64,000 nt of DNA from Candidatus Latescibacterota bacterium (GTDB lineage Bacteria; Latescibacterota; UBA2968; UBA8231): assembly GCA_965203355.1 (NCBI GenBank), contig OZ241889.1, positions 544,001 to 608,000 of the forward strand, given 5' to 3'. Each line of letters starts with the position of its first letter. Position 1 is the stretch's first letter. Below, piece after piece: positions 37,687 through 46,923 of the stretch. The notes under the pieces are model-generated. The model saw only the letters and a list, made by a program, of their open reading frames with translations. It was not told the DNA's origin and ran no database searches. The position numbers were made by a program, and so were the translations under genes.

Positions 37687-38159
37687 CAATCTATGTGTTC
37701 GACAGCAGTCCACTAATCGATCTTTTTCTCCACTATTACCGGACGCGATTTCCCTCTCTGTGGGCAGCATTTGACGCGATGGTTACACAGGGTCGCATTA
37801 CTTCGACGCGAGAAGTATTTAACGAATTGAACGCACGTGGAGATGACTTAGCGGCTTGGTGTGCAGAAAATAGGCAGCAGGTATTTATAACGCCAAGTGC
37901 GCAGGAAGTGGATTTTGTCAGGGAGATATTTGAAGTTAGGCACTTTCAGGCGATGATTCGCAGGAAGGCACGCCTTCAGGGAAGTTTGGTTGCCGATCCG
38001 TTTGTTATTGCGCGAGCAACGTGTTTAGAAAATGGTTGCGTTGTAACGATCGAAAAACACAGTCCCAATGCCGCGAAAATTCCGAATGTTTGTGAACATT
38101 TTGGAGTCGATTGTATTGATCTCGAAGAATTCATGGAACGGGAGCAATGGCGTTTTTGA
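37683..38159 (+). CDS. DUF4411 family PIN-like protein
   Basis: YVFDSS, YYRTRFPSLW, ADPFVIA, VVTIE, KIPNVC; ATGA-coupled to the upstream gene. Confidence 0.85.
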   Translation: MTIYVFDSSPLIDLFLHYYRTRFPSLWAAFDAMVTQGRITSTREVFNELNARGDDLAAWCAENRQQVFITPSAQEVDFVREIFEVRHFQAMIRRKARLQGSLVADPFVIARATCLENGCVVTIEKHSPNAAKIPNVCEHFGVDCIDLEEFMEREQWRF

Positions 38160-38228
38160 GAACGACCAAGACGAACCAGTGCGCCGGCCTTCAGGCCGAC
38201 AGCCTCATTGCGGATTTCAGCGGCCAAC

Positions 38229-38870
38229 TCAGTCGATGATCTCGGCCTTGATGATATAGTCTAGGTTGGGAAAGTTTTCTTCGAGATAGGCATTGCCGTT
38301 CATGGCGATCTGCCCTTGGGAAGGCTGCTCGCCGTACTCGGCACTGATAGCATCAACCACCTCCATCCCTTCTACTACTTCGCCGAAGGGCGCAAACCCC
38401 ATGCCATCGAGGTTGGCGTTGTCTCCCAAATTGATAAAAAGCTGGGTCGTGCGCGTATTGGGCTGGTTGGTTTTGGCATACGTGATCCGTCCGCGCGTAT
38501 TGCTCTGCTTGACCGGATCGTCGAGGATGTGGGCCCGATGCCAGACTTGGTTCAGCTTTGGATCGCCGTTCAAACCCCACTGCACCACAAAGTTAGGCAC
38601 CACGCGAAAAAAGCGCTGCTCGTCGTAGAAGCCGTTTTTAACCAAGTTGTAGAAGCGATCGGCACCGAGCGGTGCCCAATCGCGCGTCACTTGGATGACC
38701 ACCGGGCCGATGCTGGTCTCCAAGCGCACGGCAAATTCGTCGGGGGCCTGCTCGTTTAAGGCATCTCCTGCAGGATCCATTAAGATCTCCTTGCTTGTTT
38801 CCTCACCTTGACCGCCGGTCTCACAGCCGAAAGCCCAAAGTGCGATGATTAATAGTGCGCTCCGCTTCAT
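38229..38870 (-). CDS. Cyclophilin-type peptidyl-prolyl cis-trans isomerase, lipoprotein
   Basis: Lipobox AFGC; FFRVVPNFVVQWG, TQLFINL, FGEVVEGM. Confidence 0.92.
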   Translation of the reverse strand: MKRSALLIIALWAFGCETGGQGEETSKEILMDPAGDALNEQAPDEFAVRLETSIGPVVIQVTRDWAPLGADRFYNLVKNGFYDEQRFFRVVPNFVVQWGLNGDPKLNQVWHRAHILDDPVKQSNTRGRITYAKTNQPNTRTTQLFINLGDNANLDGMGFAPFGEVVEGMEVVDAISAEYGEQPSQGQIAMNGNAYLEENFPNLDYIIKAEIID

Positions 38871-38897
38871 AGTGTTATGCCTTTTTGCTTGGTGTGT

Positions 38898-41147
38898 TTA
38901 TTGATCCAACCCGCTCACGGCAGCGACGAGTGCCGCGGTCGTAATGCCGAAGTGCGCCCACGTCTCCATATGGCCTTCCGACGGGGCCGTCGTCGGGTCG
39001 GTAATGCCGACGTGCGCCACTGGAATGCCCGAGTCGCCGGCGACGCCCGCCACCAGCCCGGCAAAACCGCGCACGCCGGTGTTGTCTGCGCCGATCAGGC
39101 CATCTTCGATGGTTACCACGCCCTTGGGATAGCGGCTCACCAGCTCTTCTAAGGCAGCGGCAGGTAGCGGCAACCCGTTGATTATATGCACATCCACCGC
39201 GCCTTCGAGCTGCTCGGCCGCCTCGCCAGCGAGAAAAGCCGGCGCGCCAAAAGCCAAGATCGCCCGCTCGGCTCCAGCATAGGTGCGATAAGCCGTCAGC
39301 GGCTCCCAAGCGTCGCCCGCTTCCCACAGCGGCCCCGAGCCATCTTGCTTTGCGAGGATGGGCAGAGCGTCGCGCGGAATGCCGATGATGTGCCCTCCGT
39401 AGTGCGCCGCCATATCGCAGACAGCCAAAAAGGCCGACCGCGCATCGGCTGGCCCATAGAAGCGGTGCAGATAGGGCAAATAGCTCAAGCCGACATTGAT
39501 CCACTCCAAGCCCCAACCCGAAAAGTGATCGCGCCCAGTGCAGGCCCCCACGTGCGAGACGTGGAAGGCGACGTTGAGGCCCTCGTTGACGCCGGTGAGG
39601 TTGCGCTGATAGCGCCAGACGTCAAAACCCTCGCGGGCAATGCCCTCGTAAAAGGCGGCAAACGTCGATACCACATTGAACTGCGGACCCGGCCCGCTCA
39701 TCGCCAATCCGTCGGTGATCAGACAAGCGGCTTGCTCCTCAATGCTCATCTCGAACTGGTGATCCGCGGCCAAGAAACCGCGCGCCTTCGCCAGTTTGGT
39801 CGAGGGATCGAGGTCGCAGCTAACGACGAACACATCGTCGGGAAAATGCGCGGCCACTGCTGCGTATGCAGCCTCGGACCCAGCGCGCGGGCTTTCGCGG
39901 CCACCAACCGCAGGCAAGCCGACCTTTTCCCGCACATCCTCCGGCAGAACCAAGTTGCGGCTACCGGGAGCGGGTCTGGCCAGGGTCTCGACTTGGCGCT
40001 TCTCGTCTTGGCGCAGCGCGGCAAGGGCTTGGCTCGCGGCCGCTGTCTTTTGCAACAGCGGGTTGCCCAGCACTTGCGCGGCGTCGCGGCCCTTCATGTG
40101 GCCATCGTGATGCCCGGCGCCGCCGGGGAGCTTATTGACCAAAAAGAGGCACTCGAGCATCGGCACTACGTCGCGGTAGCTCATCAGCGAGCCGGGGACC
40201 CAGATGCGGGTGCTGAGATCAACGCCGTGCTCGGCGGCAAACGCGGCGACCTCGGAACCAAGTCCCAAGCGCTCGCCCAAGTCGCCGAGTTGCTCGTGCG
40301 TTCCCGTGGGATAGATCAGCGCGGGCCGACCTTGCTGCGCCAGTTTGTAGCCTTGGACATAGGTTTCGTAGAGCACCGCGGCGTCGTGCAAGCTCTCGAT
40401 CTCGATGACTTCTACGCCCAGCGACGCGACGATCGGGCGCGGATCCTTGTCCATAATGCCCTCGGTGGCCCCCGAAAGCTGGATGCCGTTGCGGTGCATG
40501 ACGAAAGTGATCGGCGCTTTGTGGACTGCGGCGCCGTTGAAGCCGTTGAGTGCTTGGCCCGAGATGTAGCCAGCGTCGCCACAGTGGCAGATGACCCAAC
40601 CGCCCTCGCCGTGCTTGGCCCGCTTGCCGAGGGCCTGGCCCACGGCCACCGGGATCATCACCCCCAAGCGACCGCCGTTGAGTTGGGTGCCCCCCGGCAG
40701 CCAAGACACGTGCCCGGGCGCGTCGAGCCCGCGGCGAAAGCCCTCGACGACGATCTCCTCACCGATAAAGCCCAGTGCCGCCAATGCCGCGTAGTAGCCC
40801 ACTGAAGTGTGGGCGTGTTCAATGGTGTACTCAATCCGCTCGTAGTCGGTGATCGCCAAAGTCAGCAAAAGCGACGGGATCAGCTCCAGGCCGCCGCCGA
40901 GGTGGTCCAACTCGCCGATCGCGGCCAGCGAGGCCAGCGAGCGGATCGCAATCGCGGCGGCCTCGATCTGCAAGCCCTCTAGCGCGGCGATTTGCTCTTG
41001 GTGCAGCACGTGTTGTTTGCCGATATACAAGGTGAGCGGCAAGACCTCGGAATGCACTTTCTCGCCTAGGTAGCGCACGCCCGCCAACAGCTCTTTGTTG
41101 CGCTGCTGTTGTCCGGTTTGCGCCGCTTCGATCCCCCGCATGTACAA
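38898..41147 (-). CDS. Divergent transketolase-like ThDP-dependent enzyme
   Basis: DHLGG, GRLG, GDAG...N ThDP motif, DLDPST, SIEEQ, STFAAF, GRDH, TIEDG. Confidence 0.75.
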   Translation of the reverse strand: MYMRGIEAAQTGQQQRNKELLAGVRYLGEKVHSEVLPLTLYIGKQHVLHQEQIAALEGLQIEAAAIAIRSLASLAAIGELDHLGGGLELIPSLLLTLAITDYERIEYTIEHAHTSVGYYAALAALGFIGEEIVVEGFRRGLDAPGHVSWLPGGTQLNGGRLGVMIPVAVGQALGKRAKHGEGGWVICHCGDAGYISGQALNGFNGAAVHKAPITFVMHRNGIQLSGATEGIMDKDPRPIVASLGVEVIEIESLHDAAVLYETYVQGYKLAQQGRPALIYPTGTHEQLGDLGERLGLGSEVAAFAAEHGVDLSTRIWVPGSLMSYRDVVPMLECLFLVNKLPGGAGHHDGHMKGRDAAQVLGNPLLQKTAAASQALAALRQDEKRQVETLARPAPGSRNLVLPEDVREKVGLPAVGGRESPRAGSEAAYAAVAAHFPDDVFVVSCDLDPSTKLAKARGFLAADHQFEMSIEEQAACLITDGLAMSGPGPQFNVVSTFAAFYEGIAREGFDVWRYQRNLTGVNEGLNVAFHVSHVGACTGRDHFSGWGLEWINVGLSYLPYLHRFYGPADARSAFLAVCDMAAHYGGHIIGIPRDALPILAKQDGSGPLWEAGDAWEPLTAYRTYAGAERAILAFGAPAFLAGEAAEQLEGAVDVHIINGLPLPAAALEELVSRYPKGVVTIEDGLIGADNTGVRGFAGLVAGVAGDSGIPVAHVGITDPTTAPSEGHMETWAHFGITTAALVAAVSGLDQ

Positions 41148-41218
41148 CTCCCTAAGTGGGTATTTTTAATTGAATGAAAGCGTCGTAAAAGTATAAACCC
41201 AGCACCGAATGCGAGCAA

Positions 41219-42229
41219 TTAACGCGGCTTGAACTGCACGGCCAATTTCTCGGCCCACGCTTTGTTTGCGTCGATCGTGCGCCCGGCGTTGTGCGGCGTA
41301 TGCACCACGTTGTGCCGCCCCAATAGCGGATCGTCTAAAGGCAGCGGCTCTTGGTCCCACACGTCCGCCGCTAAGCTCAGTTCGTCGGCCATCACTCGCC
41401 GCCGGATGGCGTCGGTATCGCAGATTTTGGCTCGAGTCACCAGCACCACCAGACAGCCCTTGGGTAGCGCGTTGACGTGCTCGGCCTGGACCAAGCCGTG
41501 GGTCGATTCCGTGAGCGGCACCATGGGCGCGAACACTTCGGCATCGGCGACTAGCTGCTCCAAGTGGTACTCGCGGCGCGATCCAGCTCGGTGAAAGCAC
41601 GGCTCCGCGGCAAACGGATCCCAAGCGGCCACATCGGCTCCCAGCATGGACGCGAAGCTGGCGTAGCGACTGGCTATATTGCCGGCCCCGACGATCCGCA
41701 CCCGCTTGCCGCACAGCGTCCCACTCGCAAAGGCCGGGTCGTCGCCAAACTGGTGCCCGCGTGCGCCGGGACGGCCTTGGCCCCCGGGCGGCTCGTAGTC
41801 CCAAGGTGCTTGGCTGTGGATAATCTCTCGGTGCAACTGCGGAATTCGCCGCAGTCCGCATAGCGTCAAGGCCAGGCCAAATTCCGCCACGGTCTGCGAC
41901 CAAAACCCCTCGCTCGGATGGTCGTACACAGCGACGCCGACCTCAGCTAAATACTCGCTACAACCCTCGCCCAACCGCCGACCATAAGCCCCCTGAAAGG
42001 TCGCTTCCTGCAAGGCCGTAAAAAGTTGCAGACACCTCAGACTCACTGGCACCCCTAGCGCAGCCAACCGCGCCACTTGGCTCGGCTCTTCAATCACCTC
42101 GCCCAAGGGCCGCTCGTCTCCGGGCGTTAGACGCACAAAATCCGCTGCGGGCCACAGGGTGCGGAAGTGGTCGGCGGCAAAGGGCCAAACTCCGTCAAAG
42201 TCTGGATGAACGGCGATCAAATCGCCCAT
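41219..42229 (-). CDS. D-isomer-specific 2-hydroxyacid dehydrogenase
   Basis: VAEFGL, VGAGNIA, PLTEST, DVWDQEPL, TPHNAG. Confidence 0.85.
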   Translation of the reverse strand: MGDLIAVHPDFDGVWPFAADHFRTLWPAADFVRLTPGDERPLGEVIEEPSQVARLAALGVPVSLRCLQLFTALQEATFQGAYGRRLGEGCSEYLAEVGVAVYDHPSEGFWSQTVAEFGLALTLCGLRRIPQLHREIIHSQAPWDYEPPGGQGRPGARGHQFGDDPAFASGTLCGKRVRIVGAGNIASRYASFASMLGADVAAWDPFAAEPCFHRAGSRREYHLEQLVADAEVFAPMVPLTESTHGLVQAEHVNALPKGCLVVLVTRAKICDTDAIRRRVMADELSLAADVWDQEPLPLDDPLLGRHNVVHTPHNAGRTIDANKAWAEKLAVQFKPR

Positions 42230-42230
42230 G

Positions 42231-43112
42231 TCATTCGCTCGCCTCACAAAAAAACGGCTGCGTCCAAGCAAACGCCTCTCCTGCGCCCCAACACTCAAAG
42301 CGCACGTAGCCTGCCCGCTCTGGCACTTCCACCTCAATTTCCCGTCTATCGGCTACGGCTATCCGCTTCGCGCCGGCGCACAAGGCCACGATCCGCGCCG
42401 CATTCTCCGTCTCAATCCAAATCCTGTTTCCCTCGGCTTGGATCTGGGTGATCTCGACTCCGGTCGAGGCGTAAAAGCGACCGGCGCACAGGGCCTCTAT
42501 CACGCCGCTAGCGGTCTCCTCCTCCACATAGGCCACATTCCATCCCAACCCCACATCGCCTTTCGCCGCGTGGCTGTCGTCGTTGGCAAATCCCCACAGG
42601 CGGCGTCCCGCGCTCAGCAGCATGTCCCAGCGATTCGTCGCGTAGGGGCTGCCTTCCAAGCGGCCCACCACGCCGTTGTATATCTCCAAGCCCACGTAGC
42701 CCTCGCAGGCCTGCAAAAGCTCCTGCGGACAGTGGTTGAAATGGTCGCGCCAGTTGGGATGGTTGAAAAGGACGAATCCTCCGCCTGCTTCGCCGACCTC
42801 GTCAATTACTCGTTGTCGGTCCGCCTCGGGTGCGACCCACGCTGTGGCCCCAACGTGCAAAACGTGCGGACCGTTGGCTGTAATTTCATTGCCCGGCACC
42901 AAGATCATCCCTTGGGCGTCGTATTGCTCGTAATCCGCTAGGGACGTATAGATGTCATGGTCGGAGATCGTCAAGAAGCCATAGCCGCGGCCCGCATAGT
43001 CGTCGATTACCGCTTGGTGATCGCGCTCGCCGTCGCTGGCGGTCGTGTGCGCGTGCAGGTTGCCGACTAGCCAGCGGCCTCCGCGCAAATTCTGATAGGG
43101 ATGTTCAATCAT
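42231..43112 (-). CDS. PHP-domain metallohydrolase (CehA/McbA-like)
   Basis: GNLHAHTTASDG, SDHD, NHP, EIYN, NDDSH. Confidence 0.85.
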   Translation of the reverse strand: MIEHPYQNLRGGRWLVGNLHAHTTASDGERDHQAVIDDYAGRGYGFLTISDHDIYTSLADYEQYDAQGMILVPGNEITANGPHVLHVGATAWVAPEADRQRVIDEVGEAGGGFVLFNHPNWRDHFNHCPQELLQACEGYVGLEIYNGVVGRLEGSPYATNRWDMLLSAGRRLWGFANDDSHAAKGDVGLGWNVAYVEEETASGVIEALCAGRFYASTGVEITQIQAEGNRIWIETENAARIVALCAGAKRIAVADRREIEVEVPERAGYVRFECWGAGEAFAWTQPFFCEASE

Positions 43113-43192
43113 CGCATTCTCCTTGGTTGGAAAGCGGCCTCAAAATACGGGAGCACCCGGCGGGCGACAAGGGAAGGCGCGCCGGGATCGTG

Positions 43193-43221
43193 TTGACGCG
43201 AAAAGTAAGCGGCCCTTTAAT
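43193..43221 (+). promoter_or_regulatory. Sigma70-type promoter
   Basis: TTGACG-N17-TTTAAT about 60 bp upstream of the enolase-superfamily gene. Confidence 0.5.
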
Positions 43222-43281
43222 ACAAGCCCGTGCAACGACACGTTTTGAGAACTCACAACTGAAAATCGCCAGGGGAGCCCG

Positions 43282-44436
43282 ATGAAAATCACCGATGTCC
43301 GCACGCTTTCGCTTTCGCGCGTCCACGAGCCTGAGCGTCAGTGGTACAGCGCCACCTTCCACGTGCCCAAGGCCGATTGCTCGATCTGCATCATCGAAAC
43401 CGACGAGGGGTTGCAGGGCATCGCCGAGCCTTGCGCGTACGGTGTGCCGCCTGCAATCGCCGCGCGCATCGAAGAGCTCAAGCCCAGTCTCATCGGCCGC
43501 GACCCCCGCGACCAAGACATGACGCCGCACAACGAAGCGATGCGGGCCAACGACATTGCCAACGCGGGCCTCAACTGTGCGCTGTGGGATTTGCGCGGTA
43601 AGATCGCGGGCAAACCCACCGCCGACCTGCTCTGCTCACCCGGGCAAGCACCGCTGCGCCGCCTCCGCCTCTACGCTTCCTCGGGCGTGTGCTACGACTG
43701 GGATGACCGCCCCGAATCCGTCGTCGAAGAAGCGAGCGGCTACGCTGAAGACGGTTTCACCGCCTACAAGATGCGCCTAGGCACCCATTGGGCGTGGTCG
43801 GGCGTTACCGTCGATCGCTTTCTCAAAATAGCACGCCAAGTACACGAGGCTGTGGGTGCGCGGATGGACTTAGCGCTCGACGGCAATTGCCGCCTCTCGA
43901 TGGAGGAAGCGCTGCCTATTGCCGAGGCACTCGACGAGATGGGCTGGGCTTGGTTTGAGGAGCCGGTCGAGCGCGTACCCGCGGATTACGCTCGGCTCAA
44001 CGAGGCCGTCGCCATTCCCATCACTGGCGGCGAGCCTTTTACCACGTGGGCGCAGTTCAAGCCTTTTATGGAGGCGGGCGGCTTCGGCATAGTCCAACCC
44101 GACGCTGGCGTCTGCGGCATTGACCTCTGCTTGGAAGTCGGCCACAAGGCTCACTTCGACTACAGCGGCATACCCCTGATCCCGCACAACTGGCACAACG
44201 GCCTGATGACGATGGCCAACGCCCACATGGTTGCGGCACTGCCTGCCCCACGCCTAGTCGAGCTAAACATGAAACAGGGGCCGCTACAGTGGGAGATTCT
44301 GCGCGAGCAACCGCTGATCAAAGACGGCCACTTGGTCCTGCCCGACGCCCCGGGCTTTGGCGTCGAATTGGCCGACGACCTTGAAACGCGCTTCCCGTAC
44401 ATCGAAGGCTCTTGGGGCAATCCCGTCCAGCGCTGA
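43282..44436 (+). CDS. Mandelate racemase/muconate lactonizing (enolase superfamily) enzyme
   Basis: ALWDLRGK, YKMR, LDGN, WFEEP, TGGE, VQPD, PH, PGFG. Confidence 0.9.
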   Translation: MKITDVRTLSLSRVHEPERQWYSATFHVPKADCSICIIETDEGLQGIAEPCAYGVPPAIAARIEELKPSLIGRDPRDQDMTPHNEAMRANDIANAGLNCALWDLRGKIAGKPTADLLCSPGQAPLRRLRLYASSGVCYDWDDRPESVVEEASGYAEDGFTAYKMRLGTHWAWSGVTVDRFLKIARQVHEAVGARMDLALDGNCRLSMEEALPIAEALDEMGWAWFEEPVERVPADYARLNEAVAIPITGGEPFTTWAQFKPFMEAGGFGIVQPDAGVCGIDLCLEVGHKAHFDYSGIPLIPHNWHNGLMTMANAHMVAALPAPRLVELNMKQGPLQWEILREQPLIKDGHLVLPDAPGFGVELADDLETRFPYIEGSWGNPVQR

Positions 44437-44442
44437 GGATTC

Positions 44443-45276
44443 ATGGTCACGGACCTCGAAAATTATCTCTTCGACCTGCGCGGCTACCTGCACTTAGAGG
44501 GGGCACTTACCGCCGATGAAGTCAAAGACCTCAACGACTGCCTCGACGCCATCCCGCCGCTGGAGCCGGGCGACTGGTACGGCCACATCCACGCCCATAT
44601 CTACGGCACGGTTGACGGCCTCAACTTGCAGCAAATCTACGAGGCGGGCGAACCTTTTGAGCGGATGATCGACCATCCCGCTTGGATCGAGAAAGTCAAG
44701 CATTTCGTCGGCGGCGAAGGCACGTTCGACTACGCACACGGGCCGCTCTTCATCGACGAAAACTTTGCCAACTTCCGCCAGCCTGGGGAAGCCATCGGCC
44801 TGCACTCTGGCGGCTATCCGCCCATCATGCGCAACCAATTCCGCTACCACGGCGGACGCTACCTGTGCGGGCAAATCAACATCCTCGTCGCGCTCGCGGA
44901 TATAGGCCCGGGCGACGGCGGCACCATGCTGATCCCCGGCAGCCACAAATCCAACTTCGCGCATCCCGCCTTAGACCAGCATCGCATGAAGCCCGAGGGA
45001 GCTACCGTCGAGGGCATCACCGGCGCGGTCGAGTGCCGCATGGCTCGAGGCGACGCCTTGCTCTTCGTCGATGGCCTCTCGCACGGCTCGGCCCGACGCC
45101 AAAACGAGGGTACGCGCCGGATTTTCGTCTATCGCTACGGCCCTTCTTGGGGCAACTTCCGCCACGGCTACCGCCCCTCGGACGAGCTGTTGGCACGCCT
45201 GACGCCTGAGCGACGGCAGATCGTCTGGCCGCAAAAACCCCGCCCCCAAGGACCGCAGAAAAAGGCTACGGAATAG
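44443..45276 (+). CDS. PhyH-family Fe(II)/2OG enzyme with HxG iron motif
   Basis: YLFDLRGYL, LHSGG, IPGSHKSN, GDALLFVDGLSHG. Confidence 0.8.
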   Translation: MVTDLENYLFDLRGYLHLEGALTADEVKDLNDCLDAIPPLEPGDWYGHIHAHIYGTVDGLNLQQIYEAGEPFERMIDHPAWIEKVKHFVGGEGTFDYAHGPLFIDENFANFRQPGEAIGLHSGGYPPIMRNQFRYHGGRYLCGQINILVALADIGPGDGGTMLIPGSHKSNFAHPALDQHRMKPEGATVEGITGAVECRMARGDALLFVDGLSHGSARRQNEGTRRIFVYRYGPSWGNFRHGYRPSDELLARLTPERRQIVWPQKPRPQGPQKKATE

Positions 45277-45281
45277 ATTCC

Positions 45282-46163
45282 ATGAAGGGCATCATCCTCG
45301 CCGGCGGCCAAGGCACGCGCCTTTATCCTTTGACCGTATCGGTCTCCAAACAACTGCTGCCAATTTTCGACAAGCCGATGATTTACTATCCGCTCTCGGT
45401 GCTCATGCTGGCCGATATCCGCGAGATTCTCATCATCTCCAGCCCAGCACACGTCGATCTCTACCGCCAGCTTTTCGGCGATGGCGAGCGGCTGGGGCTG
45501 CGCATTGAATACGCGGTCCAAGATCGGCCCGAGGGCGTGGCACACGCCTTTGTCGTGGGGGCCGACTTCGCTGGCCGCGATCCCTGCGCCTTGATATTCG
45601 GCGACAACTTCCTCTACGGGCACGGCCTGACGGCCATTCTACAGCGCGCTAGCCAGCTACGGGAGGGCGGCTTGGCCTTCGCTTGCTACGTGAATAATCC
45701 CACGCGCTACGGGGTCGTCGAATTTGACGCCGAGGGCAACGCCATCAGCATTGAAGAGAAGCCGCAAAACCCCAAGTCCAATTACGCGGTCATCGGCCTT
45801 TATTTTTACGACGGAGAAGTCGTCGACATCGTCCGCGGCCTCAAGCCTTCGGCCCGCGGCGAGTTGGAGATTACCGATGTCAACAACGAGTATCTGCGCC
45901 GCCGACAACTCAAAATTGAGGTGTTAGGGCGGGGTTTTGCTTGGTTCGACACCGGCACCCACGAGAGCCTGCTAGAGGCCAGCGACTTCGTCCAAACCAT
46001 TGAGCACCGGCAAGGGCTCAAAGTGGGCTGCATTGAGGAAATAGCGCACCGCAAGGGCTACATTGGCGCGGATCAGCTCCTCCGCATCGCCCATTACTCC
46101 GACGACAATCCCTACTGTCTTTATCTGAAACGCCTAGTCGAAGAGCGAGGGCCAGCGTTCTGA
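45282..46163 (+). CDS. rmlA: Glucose-1-phosphate thymidylyltransferase
   Basis: KGIILAGGQGTRLYP, SKQLLP.FDKPMIYYPL, EEKP, RGELEITD, WFDTGT. Confidence 0.95.
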   Translation: MKGIILAGGQGTRLYPLTVSVSKQLLPIFDKPMIYYPLSVLMLADIREILIISSPAHVDLYRQLFGDGERLGLRIEYAVQDRPEGVAHAFVVGADFAGRDPCALIFGDNFLYGHGLTAILQRASQLREGGLAFACYVNNPTRYGVVEFDAEGNAISIEEKPQNPKSNYAVIGLYFYDGEVVDIVRGLKPSARGELEITDVNNEYLRRRQLKIEVLGRGFAWFDTGTHESLLEASDFVQTIEHRQGLKVGCIEEIAHRKGYIGADQLLRIAHYSDDNPYCLYLKRLVEERGPAF

Positions 46164-46329
46164 TAACGGAGGGGGCATGGCTCCTGAGCGGATCACTTCT
46201 TTTGTATGGGACTACTCTTTAATGGGGTTCGTGTCGTCGCTTGGTCCGCTGCGTCTGTTCCACGCCGCGGCGATTGCGCCCTGCGGCCCATTTTCCTAAT
46301 CTGAAATATTTTCCCAAAGCGGAACGGCG

Positions 46330-46827
46330 ATGGACATAGAGGAATTCGACTATACTCAATGGTGCGACAGCACCGGGGCGCCGCTCGCGAAAAGGCCCGA
46401 ACGGCTCGGCGTGGCGGCCAATGGCTTTATCCGCGACAAGATCGGCAAAATCCTGCTGCAACAGCGTGCGGACAACGGTTTTTGGGGGATGCCCGGTGGC
46501 CAAGTCGAGCTCGGCGAATCCGTCGAACAGAGCGTGATGCGCGAAGTCTATGAGGAAACGGGCTTAGAGGTGCGCGTTGAGCGGCTGATCGGGATCTACT
46601 CCGAGCCGGGGGGCTACCCATTCATGCGCTATCCCAATGGTACTATCGTCCACTACGTCACCCACGTCTTTATTTGCGAACCCATTGCCGGCGCATTGCG
46701 GCTCTCCTCAGAAAGCACCAACATCGGCTATTTTGCGGCCGATGCCCTGCCCGCACAGACCTTGCTCTCGCACCGCCTCCGCATCGCGGACGCGCTGACC
46801 GGCCTAGTGTACCCGTTTATTCGCTGA
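46330..46827 (+). CDS. NUDIX hydrolase
   Basis: PGGQVELGESVEQSVMREVYEETG Nudix box. Confidence 0.92.
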   Translation: MDIEEFDYTQWCDSTGAPLAKRPERLGVAANGFIRDKIGKILLQQRADNGFWGMPGGQVELGESVEQSVMREVYEETGLEVRVERLIGIYSEPGGYPFMRYPNGTIVHYVTHVFICEPIAGALRLSSESTNIGYFAADALPAQTLLSHRLRIADALTGLVYPFIR

Positions 46828-46923
46828 ACCATGTTGACCGCACTTCACCCAAAGCGAAGCATCCCACACCTAGCGTAAAAATCAGTTACTCGTCCCAACC
46901 TTCACCTCGAGAAAAGGAATGAC

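Noticed and set aside
39186-40805. Long antisense ORFs (539 aa here; also 27626-28924, 2690-3577, 53125-54018)
   Set aside because: Shadows of real GC-rich genes on the opposite strand; no recognisable motifs or RBS.
46177-46299. 40-aa ORF with a GGAGGGG RBS after rmlA
   Set aside because: No recognisable motif; may be chance or a gene relic.
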